Shown: positions 54,721 through 64,000 of the stretch, piece by piece
Numbering within the stretch: position 1 is the stretch's first letter
How the letters are laid out: each line of letters begins with the position of its first letter
The notes under the pieces: generated by a model
What the model was told of the DNA's origin: nothing
The model's input: only the letters and a program-made list of their open reading frames with translations
The model's database searches: none
Program-made: the position numbers and the translations under genes
Source: a virus
Lineage: Duplodnaviria > Caudoviricetes
Reading direction: 5' to 3' (one strand)
DNA: 64,000 nucleotides
Virus record (IMG/VR): IMGVR_UViG_3300037067_009230
Coordinates: 1-64,000 of that record

Positions 54721-56475
54721 TTAATACTTTCCGAAAGTACCTCTATAACGACCAAAAGTTCCTTTATAACGACCATATTTTAATGATGGATTTATAATCT
54801 CTTCAATATATTCATAAGCTCCGATAGAGGGACTTGAAAAATATGCGTTACCGGCATAGTCAGTAGTTGTGCTAGTACTGATTCCTGCATGATAAGCGGG
54901 AGAGCTGGTTGATGACAGTGTATAATCTGTTAATGAAGTAAGCAGGGGATTTTGTCCAAGTATGTTTCCTGAGTTAGTATAATTTGTTGGTACGAAACCA
55001 TCAACCCATTCTGGAGCATTATTATTACCATTCCCATAACATAGATTATTTCTGATGTAAAGATCATCAAACAAAGTTCTTGACCCTAATGCATGGATGG
55101 CTGCTCCATCAAATCCAACTATAATATTATTTTCTATCCACCAATGTTGATTACTCATTGACGCTGACAACTCAAGTCCCCACCTGCTTACAGTGGTACG
55201 GTTAGGATCAGCTATTATAGTATTATGCCGGATGTAATTGTATACAGAACTAGCCTGATCAACATAGTTATCAGGATAATAGAAGCCCCAAGTTTGAAAG
55301 TCTGCATCTGATCGACCTAAGTCCATCAAAAGATTAATCTCTATTGTGGTATAACTCATTTGATCATACCCTGTATAATTGTGTAAAGGACGATACAACG
55401 CAATTGCAACTTTTCTGATCTTATTCCTTCGAATTATCAGATGCTCAATTCTTCCTTCTATGTCAATCCCAACTTCCTGTTGACCTTGTATTTCATCATA
55501 TCCAATGTCATTTCTGTCGATATCAACTGAATATCCCGCTCCAACAGCATCTACCATGTTAACTAAATCAAAAGCTCCTATAATTCTGTTATTATAAAAC
55601 CTGTCTCCTCCTAATCCATTCCACCATTCAATAGCAAATCCCCAATTACTGTTAGGAGTTGTCTCAGTATGTGCAAAATTATCGTGTATATCACTATGCT
55701 TATTAAATCCCAGATCTCCAAACTTAATAGCATAACCATTCAGTCCTACCCCTCGTCCTAACTGAATAAGAGCACAATTATATACTTTGATCCCATCCTG
55801 GCTACCGATCCTGATTAATCCTTTTCCTTCACCATTATCTCTTGTTCCTGAGTAACCTGAACAGTTAATAATCTCACAGTCATATACTTCATTACCTGTT
55901 GCCCAATAAGAAGGCATTACTGCATAATCACAATTATCAGGTTCGCCTTTAGTTTTGTTGCTATATGGATTGTCAGCTGTAAATGTAGTTTCGTCTTGAC
56001 CTATAAGGACTATACCTTCTGTTGTAAAATCAATAATTTTAAGATGATGTAATTTAACATTACACCTCGCAAGAACCTTTATTGCTCTATATCCTGTCAT
56101 ATCCCCATCAATTGTCATATAAGATATGCTCTGATTCCCATAATTTGTATTTCCCCAATATCCCCAAGATTCAAGAGCAAGACATGAACCTTCCGTATAT
56201 GTAAGATTAAGTATTGTATTATCAATTCCAGACCCAACAATTGATACTCCGTCTGCCAATTCAAGTTTTGTTGAGCATGAGAACGTTCCACTTCCAAAAT
56301 GAATTATATCACCCTCGCTTGTCGCAGTTGCTACAGCATAAGCAGCAGTAAGCCAAGGTGAACCATTAAGTCCTGTATTGCCGTTATTACCATTAGTTGC
56401 CACATAGTAATCAGTTGCAAATACGCGCAGTGTGCAAAATATTATTACTATAGATATTAATAGCTTTCTCATCAT
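54721..56475 (-). CDS. Secreted right-handed beta-helix (pectate-lyase-like) protein
   Basis: Signal peptide MRKLLISIVIIFCTLRVFA; YYVAT.GN..N.G start; I.NN beta-helix repeats; IGAYEY end motif. Confidence 0.75.
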   Translation of the reverse strand: MMRKLLISIVIIFCTLRVFATDYYVATNGNNGNTGLNGSPWLTAAYAVATATSEGDIIHFGSGTFSCSTKLELADGVSIVGSGIDNTILNLTYTEGSCLALESWGYWGNTNYGNQSISYMTIDGDMTGYRAIKVLARCNVKLHHLKIIDFTTEGIVLIGQDETTFTADNPYSNKTKGEPDNCDYAVMPSYWATGNEVYDCEIINCSGYSGTRDNGEGKGLIRIGSQDGIKVYNCALIQLGRGVGLNGYAIKFGDLGFNKHSDIHDNFAHTETTPNSNWGFAIEWWNGLGGDRFYNNRIIGAFDLVNMVDAVGAGYSVDIDRNDIGYDEIQGQQEVGIDIEGRIEHLIIRRNKIRKVAIALYRPLHNYTGYDQMSYTTIEINLLMDLGRSDADFQTWGFYYPDNYVDQASSVYNYIRHNTIIADPNRTTVSRWGLELSASMSNQHWWIENNIIVGFDGAAIHALGSRTLFDDLYIRNNLCYGNGNNNAPEWVDGFVPTNYTNSGNILGQNPLLTSLTDYTLSSTSSPAYHAGISTSTTTDYAGNAYFSSPSIGAYEYIEEIINPSLKYGRYKGTFGRYRGTFGKY

Positions 56476-57047
56476 TCTACTTTTGAGCTTGTTGTTGTCA
56501 CGTAATCCTTGTCCGGTACTGATACCTGCACACGTCCTATAAGAAAATTATCGCCAGTTGCTGATCCGCTGTATGGGACTACAGCTATTGCTGTGCATCC
56601 GGAGGGTGTTGTAAAGGGAACTGATATACGAACCGGAGATGTTGATGTGCTGCTATAATAAGAATCGTTAGCAATTGTCGCCCATCCATTTGAAGTGTCG
56701 TATATTACATATTCAGCAGAAGACCCTGAAGATCCCCTTGTTGCATCAAAACTAAGTACATAACTTGTGCTTGCTGTTAATCCTGTTATTCCCTGAGAAG
56801 ATCCCCCCCAAGCTGATGATAATGTAATCCGATCCATTGTGGTATTACCACTTAAATCATTTCCTGCATTTGCTGTAATAGTTGTATTTGAATTATCCCA
56901 TGCAGCATTATCTATTTGCTCAGAATATAAGAGTAAATTCTGTACACTAGTAGAAGATGAAGAAGCAGTAGCAAACATTCCGGAAGCTTGCCCCTGTATA
57001 TAATTGCAACAAAATAATATTAATACACCAATAATTAATTTTTTCAT
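56472..57047 (-). CDS. Secreted carbohydrate-binding-module-like protein
   Basis: Start reassigned to MKKLIIGVLILFCC (ATGA overlap); NLL..SE....W jelly-roll start. Confidence 0.65.
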   Translation of the reverse strand: MKKLIIGVLILFCCNYIQGQASGMFATASSSSTSVQNLLLYSEQIDNAAWDNSNTTITANAGNDLSGNTTMDRITLSSAWGGSSQGITGLTASTSYVLSFDATRGSSGSSAEYVIYDTSNGWATIANDSYYSSTSTSPVRISVPFTTPSGCTAIAVVPYSGSATGDNFLIGRVQVSVPDKDYVTTTSSKVE

Positions 57048-58612
57048 TCCAATGACCCGATTAATTTCCATGCATTTGTTCCTATCTTAATTAACTCTGC
57101 ATCCCCTAAAACTGTTATTCCTAATACACTTCCTTTACTATATATTGTAACACCGGATGTAGCAACTATTGTTGATTTACCAGACCCTAAACAAGATATA
57201 AGTATTTGTGTCCCTATTGGAAATGCCACACTAGAATTAAGCGGTACTGTAAGATTAGTTGCAGAGGATGAATTTACTGTTATAAGTTTTGATGCATCTG
57301 TAAGAACAAATGTATAAGATGTTGTCTGTGCATTAATAGTAAGATATTTTGGAAAAAACACTGTTTCCAAATCTGTTGTATCATTCAACTGATCTTGAAT
57401 ATTACTTGTAGCCCCATCAAGATATCCTATCTCAGTGCTTGATACCGTTCCTATTGAAGTAGTAGAAGGTAAAACAACTGCGCCAGTAAAAGTAGGGCTT
57501 GAAAACATTGTAGCCTTACTCTCATTAGTAACATTACCCAAACCTAAACTTATACGACCTGTTGCAGCAACTAAATTTGTTGAACTGCCATCCCATTGTC
57601 TACGTTCTGAATAGGCTGTACCCCAATTAGTTTGCTCTATTGTAGTAGGAACAACATATCCTGATGTTAATGAAAAAACTCCAGTAGAATTTGTATAAGT
57701 TAATCCAGTTACAGTAGATGAAAATAATCCACGTATTGTTGAATTAGTTCCTACAAAGTACCCAGCAGATGCATGATTACCCCATGAATATGCAGTATTC
57801 CAATTAGCTGAATTATCCCCTAGTATAGAATAAGTACCCAATGTAGCCCCCCGAAGCATAATACCCTGACCAGTAAAATCTCCATCTACAAGTACGTCAG
57901 CATGAGATGTTTCAGATGTTAAATATCCTGCACTTGCATGATTACCCCAACTGTAAGCTGTATTCCAATTAGATGAGTTATCCGTTATAGTAGTACCCCA
58001 TGAAGAACCACTAACTACTGTTGGTATACCTGTACCTGAAGGATACGTCATAGAACCACCCCCACTGCCATTAGCTACCCACGATCTTACACCGCCCACT
58101 GTTGAAGATAGTATATAACCATCTACTCCGGGATTACCTAAAATAGGTTCATATACACTAGTATGGGTATGACTTGTTGCAGATTTACTATTAAGTTGAG
58201 TTTGAATAGATGATGTTACACCATCCAACCAAGCCAATTCAGCAGCACTTACAATTCCTATAGAAGTAGTAGAAGGTAACGTAACTGTACCAGTAGGGGT
58301 AGGATTATTACTATTTAACTTTGCATTTATCTGATTTTGTATACTAGAGGTAACACCAACAAGATAATTTAATTCTGTGGCATTTGTTACTACACCATCA
58401 AGAATATTAAGTTCTGTTCCATTTGCTGTTATTGTTGTAGTTCCTATTTTAAAAGAATTTTGTAATCTTAATGGAACCAATATATTTATGTCCTTAATAA
58501 AAGAAACACTATCTCTATAACTATACTTTGATCTCTGGGGAACCCACCCCTGTTGAGAGCATAATTGAATGGATATAAGAATAAAACCACAAATAGTTAA
58601 TAATTTTTTCAT
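57044..58612 (-). CDS. Fibre-repeat protein with a signal-peptide-like N-terminus
   Basis: MKKLLTICGFILISIQLCS; NWNTAYSWGNHASAGY x2; LPSTTSIG.VS..E...LDG.TS.IQ repeats. Confidence 0.7.
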   Translation of the reverse strand: MKKLLTICGFILISIQLCSQQGWVPQRSKYSYRDSVSFIKDINILVPLRLQNSFKIGTTTITANGTELNILDGVVTNATELNYLVGVTSSIQNQINAKLNSNNPTPTGTVTLPSTTSIGIVSAAELAWLDGVTSSIQTQLNSKSATSHTHTSVYEPILGNPGVDGYILSSTVGGVRSWVANGSGGGSMTYPSGTGIPTVVSGSSWGTTITDNSSNWNTAYSWGNHASAGYLTSETSHADVLVDGDFTGQGIMLRGATLGTYSILGDNSANWNTAYSWGNHASAGYFVGTNSTIRGLFSSTVTGLTYTNSTGVFSLTSGYVVPTTIEQTNWGTAYSERRQWDGSSTNLVAATGRISLGLGNVTNESKATMFSSPTFTGAVVLPSTTSIGTVSSTEIGYLDGATSNIQDQLNDTTDLETVFFPKYLTINAQTTSYTFVLTDASKLITVNSSSATNLTVPLNSSVAFPIGTQILISCLGSGKSTIVATSGVTIYSKGSVLGITVLGDAELIKIGTNAWKLIGSLE

Positions 58613-59049
58613 TAGTATGTAATTATAAGATGTACTCCAAGAACAATTTCTGAAGAATAAACAATAATAGTATAGACACCACCAACAAAGGCAACCTGTA
58701 CATCCATATTCTGCATTAAGTTACCAGCAGAATCAAATAAAGTTATAGTAGCAGGTTTTGTAGTTAAAGTTGTAATAAATGTATTATACCCAACCGCAAA
58801 ATCCATAACTTGTTCATAAGGAGTGTTAGCTGATCCACCAACTATAGGAGGAATCCATATGCGATTACCATCCATATCAGATGATAATATATACCCATCA
58901 ACAGGAGGATTACCTAAGGATGGCTCAGATGTAACTATTGGGGTACCACTACCAAGATCTAAATCATTTAATGTAGGAACAGGCAGAGGAGCACTCCTGT
59001 TTGGATGCCCATCTATTACAATTCCCCCAATATTCATTAAATCAGCCAT
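58612..59049 (-). CDS. Tail-associated hypothetical protein
   Basis: 145 aa; shares EP.LGNP.VDGYILSS with the 522-aa neighbour. Confidence 0.65.
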   Translation of the reverse strand: MADLMNIGGIVIDGHPNRSAPLPVPTLNDLDLGSGTPIVTSEPSLGNPPVDGYILSSDMDGNRIWIPPIVGGSANTPYEQVMDFAVGYNTFITTLTTKPATITLFDSAGNLMQNMDVQVAFVGGVYTIIVYSSEIVLGVHLIITY

Positions 59050-59093
59050 TCAAATATATTTATGAGTTGAGAACAAAATAACACCAATCTATA

Positions 59094-62000
59094 TTATCTA
59101 GGAATATCTTTTAGAAAAGCAATTTCTTTCTTTAATTGTGCAATCTCTAAACAAAATAAATCCATATATGCAACACTAAGCATCCCATCTTTATCTGATC
59201 TAACCAATTCTGGATATGACTCTTGTATTGACTGAGCTATCACACCATATCTCAGTTGTCCCAGATCTGTTTTCATTCTAAACTGTTTGTAATCTATATT
59301 GATATATTTTGGTTCAAGCGGTTTTATCATAGTTTTAAGTCTTTCATCAGAAATAGTGACAAAACTAGTTGCGTACATAGAACCAGTAGAATAGGTAGAC
59401 CCGGTAACATACAAAGAATAAGATATATTAGCCGGGCCACGAATACCAACATAACCATAAGCTGTAGAACCATTATATGCAAGTAATGTATTCCCTACAA
59501 CCCCTGTACCATTACCTAAACCACCATACATATAAACACTTCCCCCAGCATTATTACCAGAAATATCATAACCATTACCGCCTTTAAGTGTAATATTTTT
59601 TCCAGTAGCACTACCACTAGTACCATTTGTACCAGTAATTATAGCATTATTATTATTCCCAATATTAACAGCATTTGTATAAAGACTTACAGAAGGTCCA
59701 TTAATAGCCACATAATTATTAACTCCATCTCCTATTGAGATAAAACTTGCTCCTTTTGATCTAATATTTAATGATACATTAGCAGCAGATCCATTAGAAG
59801 ATAATATTACGGAACTTGCTGCGTAATTACTATCACCTAAATAAATAGATCCCATAAGATTTGTAGCATTGGGATTACCCGGGGATATATACACATCACC
59901 TTGTAAAGAACTACTATCCCCTGATATAGCTGCACCCCCCCTTATATAAATACTCCCAGCATCAGCCCCAGAAGCATTATAAGGAGCACCTCCCATTAAA
60001 TATAAATTTCTACCTGTAGGTGTACCTACAAGACCCGCAGATGCACTAATATTAAATGACGAATTAGAAGTAGCGTTTAAAATACCCTCAGAATTAGCTC
60101 CTATATAATATGTATTTACTCGAATCAAATCCCCTGTAGTTGCCGGAGAAAGGGTAGTCCCTACCCTCTGCCAATAATTAGTACCACCAGTAGGAATAGC
60201 CCATGTTCCATCAGCTCTTAAAAAATTAGTAGTTCCTCCGGCAAGTTTTGGGAGATATCCATGCTTAAGTGTAGTAGCATTATTAGTGGTAATATCCGTA
60301 AAAGTAATAATAGATTCTGCATGAACATGAGAAAGTGCAGCAGCCCCTACATCAGTATAAGTTAAACCATGAGCTGCAAAAGTAAATGTAGTGGCACTGG
60401 TAGCTTTGAGAAAATATCCCGTGGTTAATCCAGAAGCTGTATGATAAGAACTTACTAAAGCATGACTAGCTACCGAAGAAGCCCCATAACTAATCTTACC
60501 TGTAGTGCTATCATAATAAACAATATTAGTCTCCGTTGTCCTAGCAGGAAGATACCCTGTAGATCCTGTACCAAAATAAATATTACCGGCAGTACCCACT
60601 GTACCCCCATAGATATAGACATGACCAGATTGGCCACTGGTATTAGCATCTCCACCCCGTAATGTTAAATTACCCCCACCATAAGTAGAAGTAGCAGCAG
60701 ATCCAGCTAATATTGAGAGATTATAACCAGTAGTTGAAGCAGGCGCATTAGCCACTGATATAATTCTATTATTTCCTGATAAGGATATACCACCGGCAAC
60801 CGCTAATACAGAAGATCCAAAAGTTAATCCGGTAGTACCTTCTATAGTATGGTCATCAACCCATACAGCTATTTGATTATCTACAGGAGTACTTGATTTA
60901 TAAACATCACCACCACCCCCGGAACTAGCAGCACCATAAGTTAAAAGACCTGTAGCAGTATCATAATAAACAACATTAGTCTCAGAAGATTTAATAGGAA
61001 GATATCCTGCAGTCCCTGTACCAAAATAAATATTACCCCGTATTCCAGCACTTGATGGACGAGGTGCTCCACCATATAAATATAAATTACCCCCATTTAA
61101 ATCCCCTGAAGTAGCATAAGTATCTCCCCCTTTTAGTGTAAGATGTGTGAGTGCAGTAGCATTTCCACTATTCCCTGTTAAAGTTACTCCCCCGTTTCCT
61201 GTATTACCAAAAGTGTGGGTAGAACCGGTTGCTGCGATATTACCAAAAGCATAAAGTCCCCCATAAATAAGTACACTTCCAGTTGTTCCCTTAGGTTGAA
61301 GAACTATATCAATATTAGTTGATGTTCCTTTAACCCCTATAATAACTGTGGAAGGTATATAAGTATTATTCCCTAAATATATATATGCTCCGTATGATGA
61401 ACTATGAGGATTACCGGGAACAATGTAAACATTACCGGGAGATGAAGATGAATCCCCTAATATGGCGTTACCTGCATGTAATATTAAATCTCCCGCATCA
61501 GTTCCGGCAGCCCCAACCGCATCTCCAGAAGAAATAGTTAAATGTTTCAAAGACCCGTCACCGGAATCAATAAGTGAAACACCTAATGCCCCTGTTGAAC
61601 TATCATATACTAAACCAGTATGCCCTTCAATATGGGTAGAATCAGTCCAAACGGCTATTTGATTATCAACAGGAGTACCAATATTAGAAACATTTCCTGT
61701 ACCTGTAGGAGACCCCCAACTTAATACACCAGATCCATTATTATATAAATATCCTATGTTATGGGATAAATTACTTAAAGTGGTAAGAATAATAGAAGAA
61801 GATTGCTTCCCCGCCAGATCAGATACCAAATTTGTAATTTTAGACTGGGCTAATGACGGAATATCCCCCGAAACTAATGACCTAAAAGTAGGAGACCCAG
61901 CCAACCCGTCCGGGGAAGCATATATGTAATTTGCAGCTATAGAACCAAAATATGTTGCTAAATTTGAAATGTATGTTCCAGTATGATTATGATCTGAACG

Positions 62001-62999
62001 GGCTACAGATGTTGCTACACCCGTACCCGAAAAACCATATTTTGTAAAAGTATCTACCCCTGTCTGATATATAAATCCAGCAGAAGCATCCAGAGCAGCC
62101 AAGGCTGTAAGAGTAGCATCTACAGATTGATATAATCCAGCATGATTATGAGGAGACCCATTAATATTATAAGTTGATCCAAGAGGTATATTAACTACAC
62201 CCGTATCTGATATAGTCATTAATGAATCATCTACCAAAGCTCCAGTAGCACCATCCCATCTTACAACTGCATTATTTGTAGAAGAAGATATTTTTCGTAC
62301 TTGTGCATAATTAGTGACATTCCCTAATCCTATATCTGAATTAGTTAAACCATGCGATGTAAATCCATAAGTAGTTCCGGATAGTGCTTTTAAGAATTGC
62401 CCTGCTGTTAAACCAGTTACAGGATGATTGGTAATATCTACTAAATTATGAATAGTAGGAGCTTTCCCTGCCAAATCTGTAACCAAATTAGTAATTTGAG
62501 ATTGAGATAGTGTTAATGATGAGCTATTAATACCTTGAATAGTGGTAGCATTAACCCAAGAAGCTAACTGACCACTAGAAGGAGTTCCTGAAACAACTAC
62601 ATTACCGCTTCCTGAAGCAAGTAGAGATGCTAATGTCACACTTCCGGATATGCTATCACTGAATACAATGTTACCTAACCCATCCTGCGTAATCGTAGAG
62701 GCTATTCCTAACCTTATACCGTCTTTTGGATATATCTTACCATGAACATATAATGCCTCATCAAAAACAGTAATCAAACTTCCTATTGCGACTTTGTACA
62801 ATACAGAAGCAGGGGATACAATGTCGTTTATCTTCTGCCAATAATTATATGCAGATGGTACAGGATTACTAAAATCATGCCCATAAATAAAATCATGGGG
62901 TTTATAGCCCTCGCCTAAGTCAATATCCATAGATGGTACGATAGGAGGTACAGGACTACCACCCACAAAAACACCATTACCATCAAGGAAATCATCCAT
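59094..62999 (-). CDS. Long tail fibre with C-terminal intramolecular chaperone (peptidase S74)
   Basis: 1301 aa Gly/Thr/Ser-rich with internal repeats; SDERLK...YGVIAQ...YPELV...VAY. Confidence 0.9.
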   Translation of the reverse strand: MDDFLDGNGVFVGGSPVPPIVPSMDIDLGEGYKPHDFIYGHDFSNPVPSAYNYWQKINDIVSPASVLYKVAIGSLITVFDEALYVHGKIYPKDGIRLGIASTITQDGLGNIVFSDSISGSVTLASLLASGSGNVVVSGTPSSGQLASWVNATTIQGINSSSLTLSQSQITNLVTDLAGKAPTIHNLVDITNHPVTGLTAGQFLKALSGTTYGFTSHGLTNSDIGLGNVTNYAQVRKISSSTNNAVVRWDGATGALVDDSLMTISDTGVVNIPLGSTYNINGSPHNHAGLYQSVDATLTALAALDASAGFIYQTGVDTFTKYGFSGTGVATSVARSDHNHTGTYISNLATYFGSIAANYIYASPDGLAGSPTFRSLVSGDIPSLAQSKITNLVSDLAGKQSSSIILTTLSNLSHNIGYLYNNGSGVLSWGSPTGTGNVSNIGTPVDNQIAVWTDSTHIEGHTGLVYDSSTGALGVSLIDSGDGSLKHLTISSGDAVGAAGTDAGDLILHAGNAILGDSSSSPGNVYIVPGNPHSSSYGAYIYLGNNTYIPSTVIIGVKGTSTNIDIVLQPKGTTGSVLIYGGLYAFGNIAATGSTHTFGNTGNGGVTLTGNSGNATALTHLTLKGGDTYATSGDLNGGNLYLYGGAPRPSSAGIRGNIYFGTGTAGYLPIKSSETNVVYYDTATGLLTYGAASSGGGGDVYKSSTPVDNQIAVWVDDHTIEGTTGLTFGSSVLAVAGGISLSGNNRIISVANAPASTTGYNLSILAGSAATSTYGGGNLTLRGGDANTSGQSGHVYIYGGTVGTAGNIYFGTGSTGYLPARTTETNIVYYDSTTGKISYGASSVASHALVSSYHTASGLTTGYFLKATSATTFTFAAHGLTYTDVGAAALSHVHAESIITFTDITTNNATTLKHGYLPKLAGGTTNFLRADGTWAIPTGGTNYWQRVGTTLSPATTGDLIRVNTYYIGANSEGILNATSNSSFNISASAGLVGTPTGRNLYLMGGAPYNASGADAGSIYIRGGAAISGDSSSLQGDVYISPGNPNATNLMGSIYLGDSNYAASSVILSSNGSAANVSLNIRSKGASFISIGDGVNNYVAINGPSVSLYTNAVNIGNNNNAIITGTNGTSGSATGKNITLKGGNGYDISGNNAGGSVYMYGGLGNGTGVVGNTLLAYNGSTAYGYVGIRGPANISYSLYVTGSTYSTGSMYATSFVTISDERLKTMIKPLEPKYINIDYKQFRMKTDLGQLRYGVIAQSIQESYPELVRSDKDGMLSVAYMDLFCLEIAQLKKEIAFLKDIPR

Positions 63000-63216
63000 A
63001 GAACTCTGATTTAAGTGTTATCATACCGGTTAACTCATCTATCTCCGTGGTAGAAAATTCTTCGAGGCACGCGTTATCACCTAAGCACTGCAAGATCATT
63101 TGCTTATTTAAAAGTTTTAATAATTCATCCTGATCCGGCAAATTTCGTATAACCCCATATACATTACGGGAACAATACTTTGCAACCTCTAAAGAGAATG
63201 TATTTTCAGCTGCCAT
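62992..63216 (-). CDS. Hypothetical protein
   Basis: 74-aa ORF in an operon. Confidence 0.6.
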   Translation of the reverse strand: MAAENTFSLEVAKYCSRNVYGVIRNLPDQDELLKLLNKQMILQCLGDNACLEEFSTTEIDELTGMITLKSEFYG

Positions 63217-63219
63217 AGT

Positions 63220-63948
63220 TTAATATTTTGAAGCGATTTGCTTACAGAAATTTATATTTACATCTACCTCAGTAAATCTATCAGCTGCCATAAGAACAGG
63301 AATTGAGTTAATAGATACAAAAAGTCGAATAGCATCAATAAATTCAGAATCTTTTAAAAGTTTCTCCCAATTTTCCCCTATTTTATTATTCACAACATTA
63401 GCATTATAAATACGTCTGGCATAGCAACGTTTGGCCTCAGAATAAACAACAATCCTTTGAGCAAGTCTGTATTTAGATGGAAGCAAATCTATATCTGTTA
63501 TAGCAGTCCAATATGCCCCCTCTGTGGGAGTTACCCCTGTAGAGTTTTGTAATGCTTTCCATATTGTAGACCCATAATAAACATAAGGCGTGGTTGAATA
63601 CAAATAAGCAGCGATAGCAGAATATGTAGGAACTGTATAAATAGTTACCCAATATTGCCCATCTCCTGTTGAATAAGTATAATCAACATGAGGATCTCCG
63701 GAACTACCTGTACTTGGGGCTGCAATAATGCCCTCTCCATCCCCTAAAGTAGAATATAAATACTCAGTGAGGTCAGGTAAAGTAATCTTTAACTTATAAA
63801 AAGAACTAAAATTACTCCTTGAATGCCCTGCCTCTGGAGAAGAATCATCATAATTACTTCTATCTATAATAGAGATTACACCATTAGATATGGAAATATC
63901 CGCCACACCTGTGACAGGATTTATAAGGGAAGTAGCGAAATTAGCCAT
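63220..63948 (-). CDS. Hypothetical structural protein with a short carbohydrate-binding-like motif
   Basis: 242 aa; YVYY...IWKALQ.STGV.P.EG.YW. Confidence 0.65.
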   Translation of the reverse strand: MANFATSLINPVTGVADISISNGVISIIDRSNYDDSSPEAGHSRSNFSSFYKLKITLPDLTEYLYSTLGDGEGIIAAPSTGSSGDPHVDYTYSTGDGQYWVTIYTVPTYSAIAAYLYSTTPYVYYGSTIWKALQNSTGVTPTEGAYWTAITDIDLLPSKYRLAQRIVVYSEAKRCYARRIYNANVVNNKIGENWEKLLKDSEFIDAIRLFVSINSIPVLMAADRFTEVDVNINFCKQIASKY

Positions 63949-64000
63949 TATAATACGTTTTTACAAAGTTATCATTTATTTATTAAAAGTTAGGAATCTT

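Noticed and set aside
1-64000. Stop-codon reassignment (TAG/TGA), as in some crAss-like phages
   Set aside because: Long genes (TerL, portal, PolA, fibre) are intact in the standard code, and no suppressor tRNA was seen.
1-64000. DGR template repeat, reverse transcriptase or retron
   Set aside because: No ORF with RT motifs in the track, and no second copy of the VR found by eye.

Overview
64-kb segment of a large, AT-rich tailed phage of Bacteroidota (crAss-like head/portal/terminase block, host-type TAnnTTTG promoters, standard genetic code). Layout: leftward virion module (1-19.5 kb: muzzle-like tail protein, holin-like genes, carbohydrate-binding protein, DGR-type receptor-binding protein, ring proteins, MCP, portal, TerL); mostly rightward accessory region (19.9-32.9 kb: nucleotide diphosphohydrolase, YopX, tRNA-Met, rearranged metacaspase, solo HicB, thyX remnant, many small ORFs, ~1 kb non-coding gap); leftward replication/recombination module (33-54.6 kb: Dda-like helicase, RNase H, amidase, resolvase, SbcCD, SSB, PolA, SF2 helicase, primase, DnaB); leftward tail-fibre and signal-peptide glycan-protein block (54.7-64 kb). 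Main finding: an integron-like gene-cassette system at three loci (about 24.8-25.5, 29.3-29.8 and 40.0-43.4 kb). It has 10 complete attC-like hairpin sites, cassettes bounded by complementary GTT/AAC cores, and three near-identical 53-bp attI-like anchors. The genes run opposite to canonical integron cassettes, conserved G-T wobble pairs take the place of extrahelical bases, and no integrase is present in the window. Secondary finds: a DGR variable region without template or RT in the window, a segment-permuted metacaspase, anticodon-less tRNA-like minihelices, and a self-nesting insertion domain in structural proteins. All protein-family calls come from motif recognition by eye; no database searches were run.
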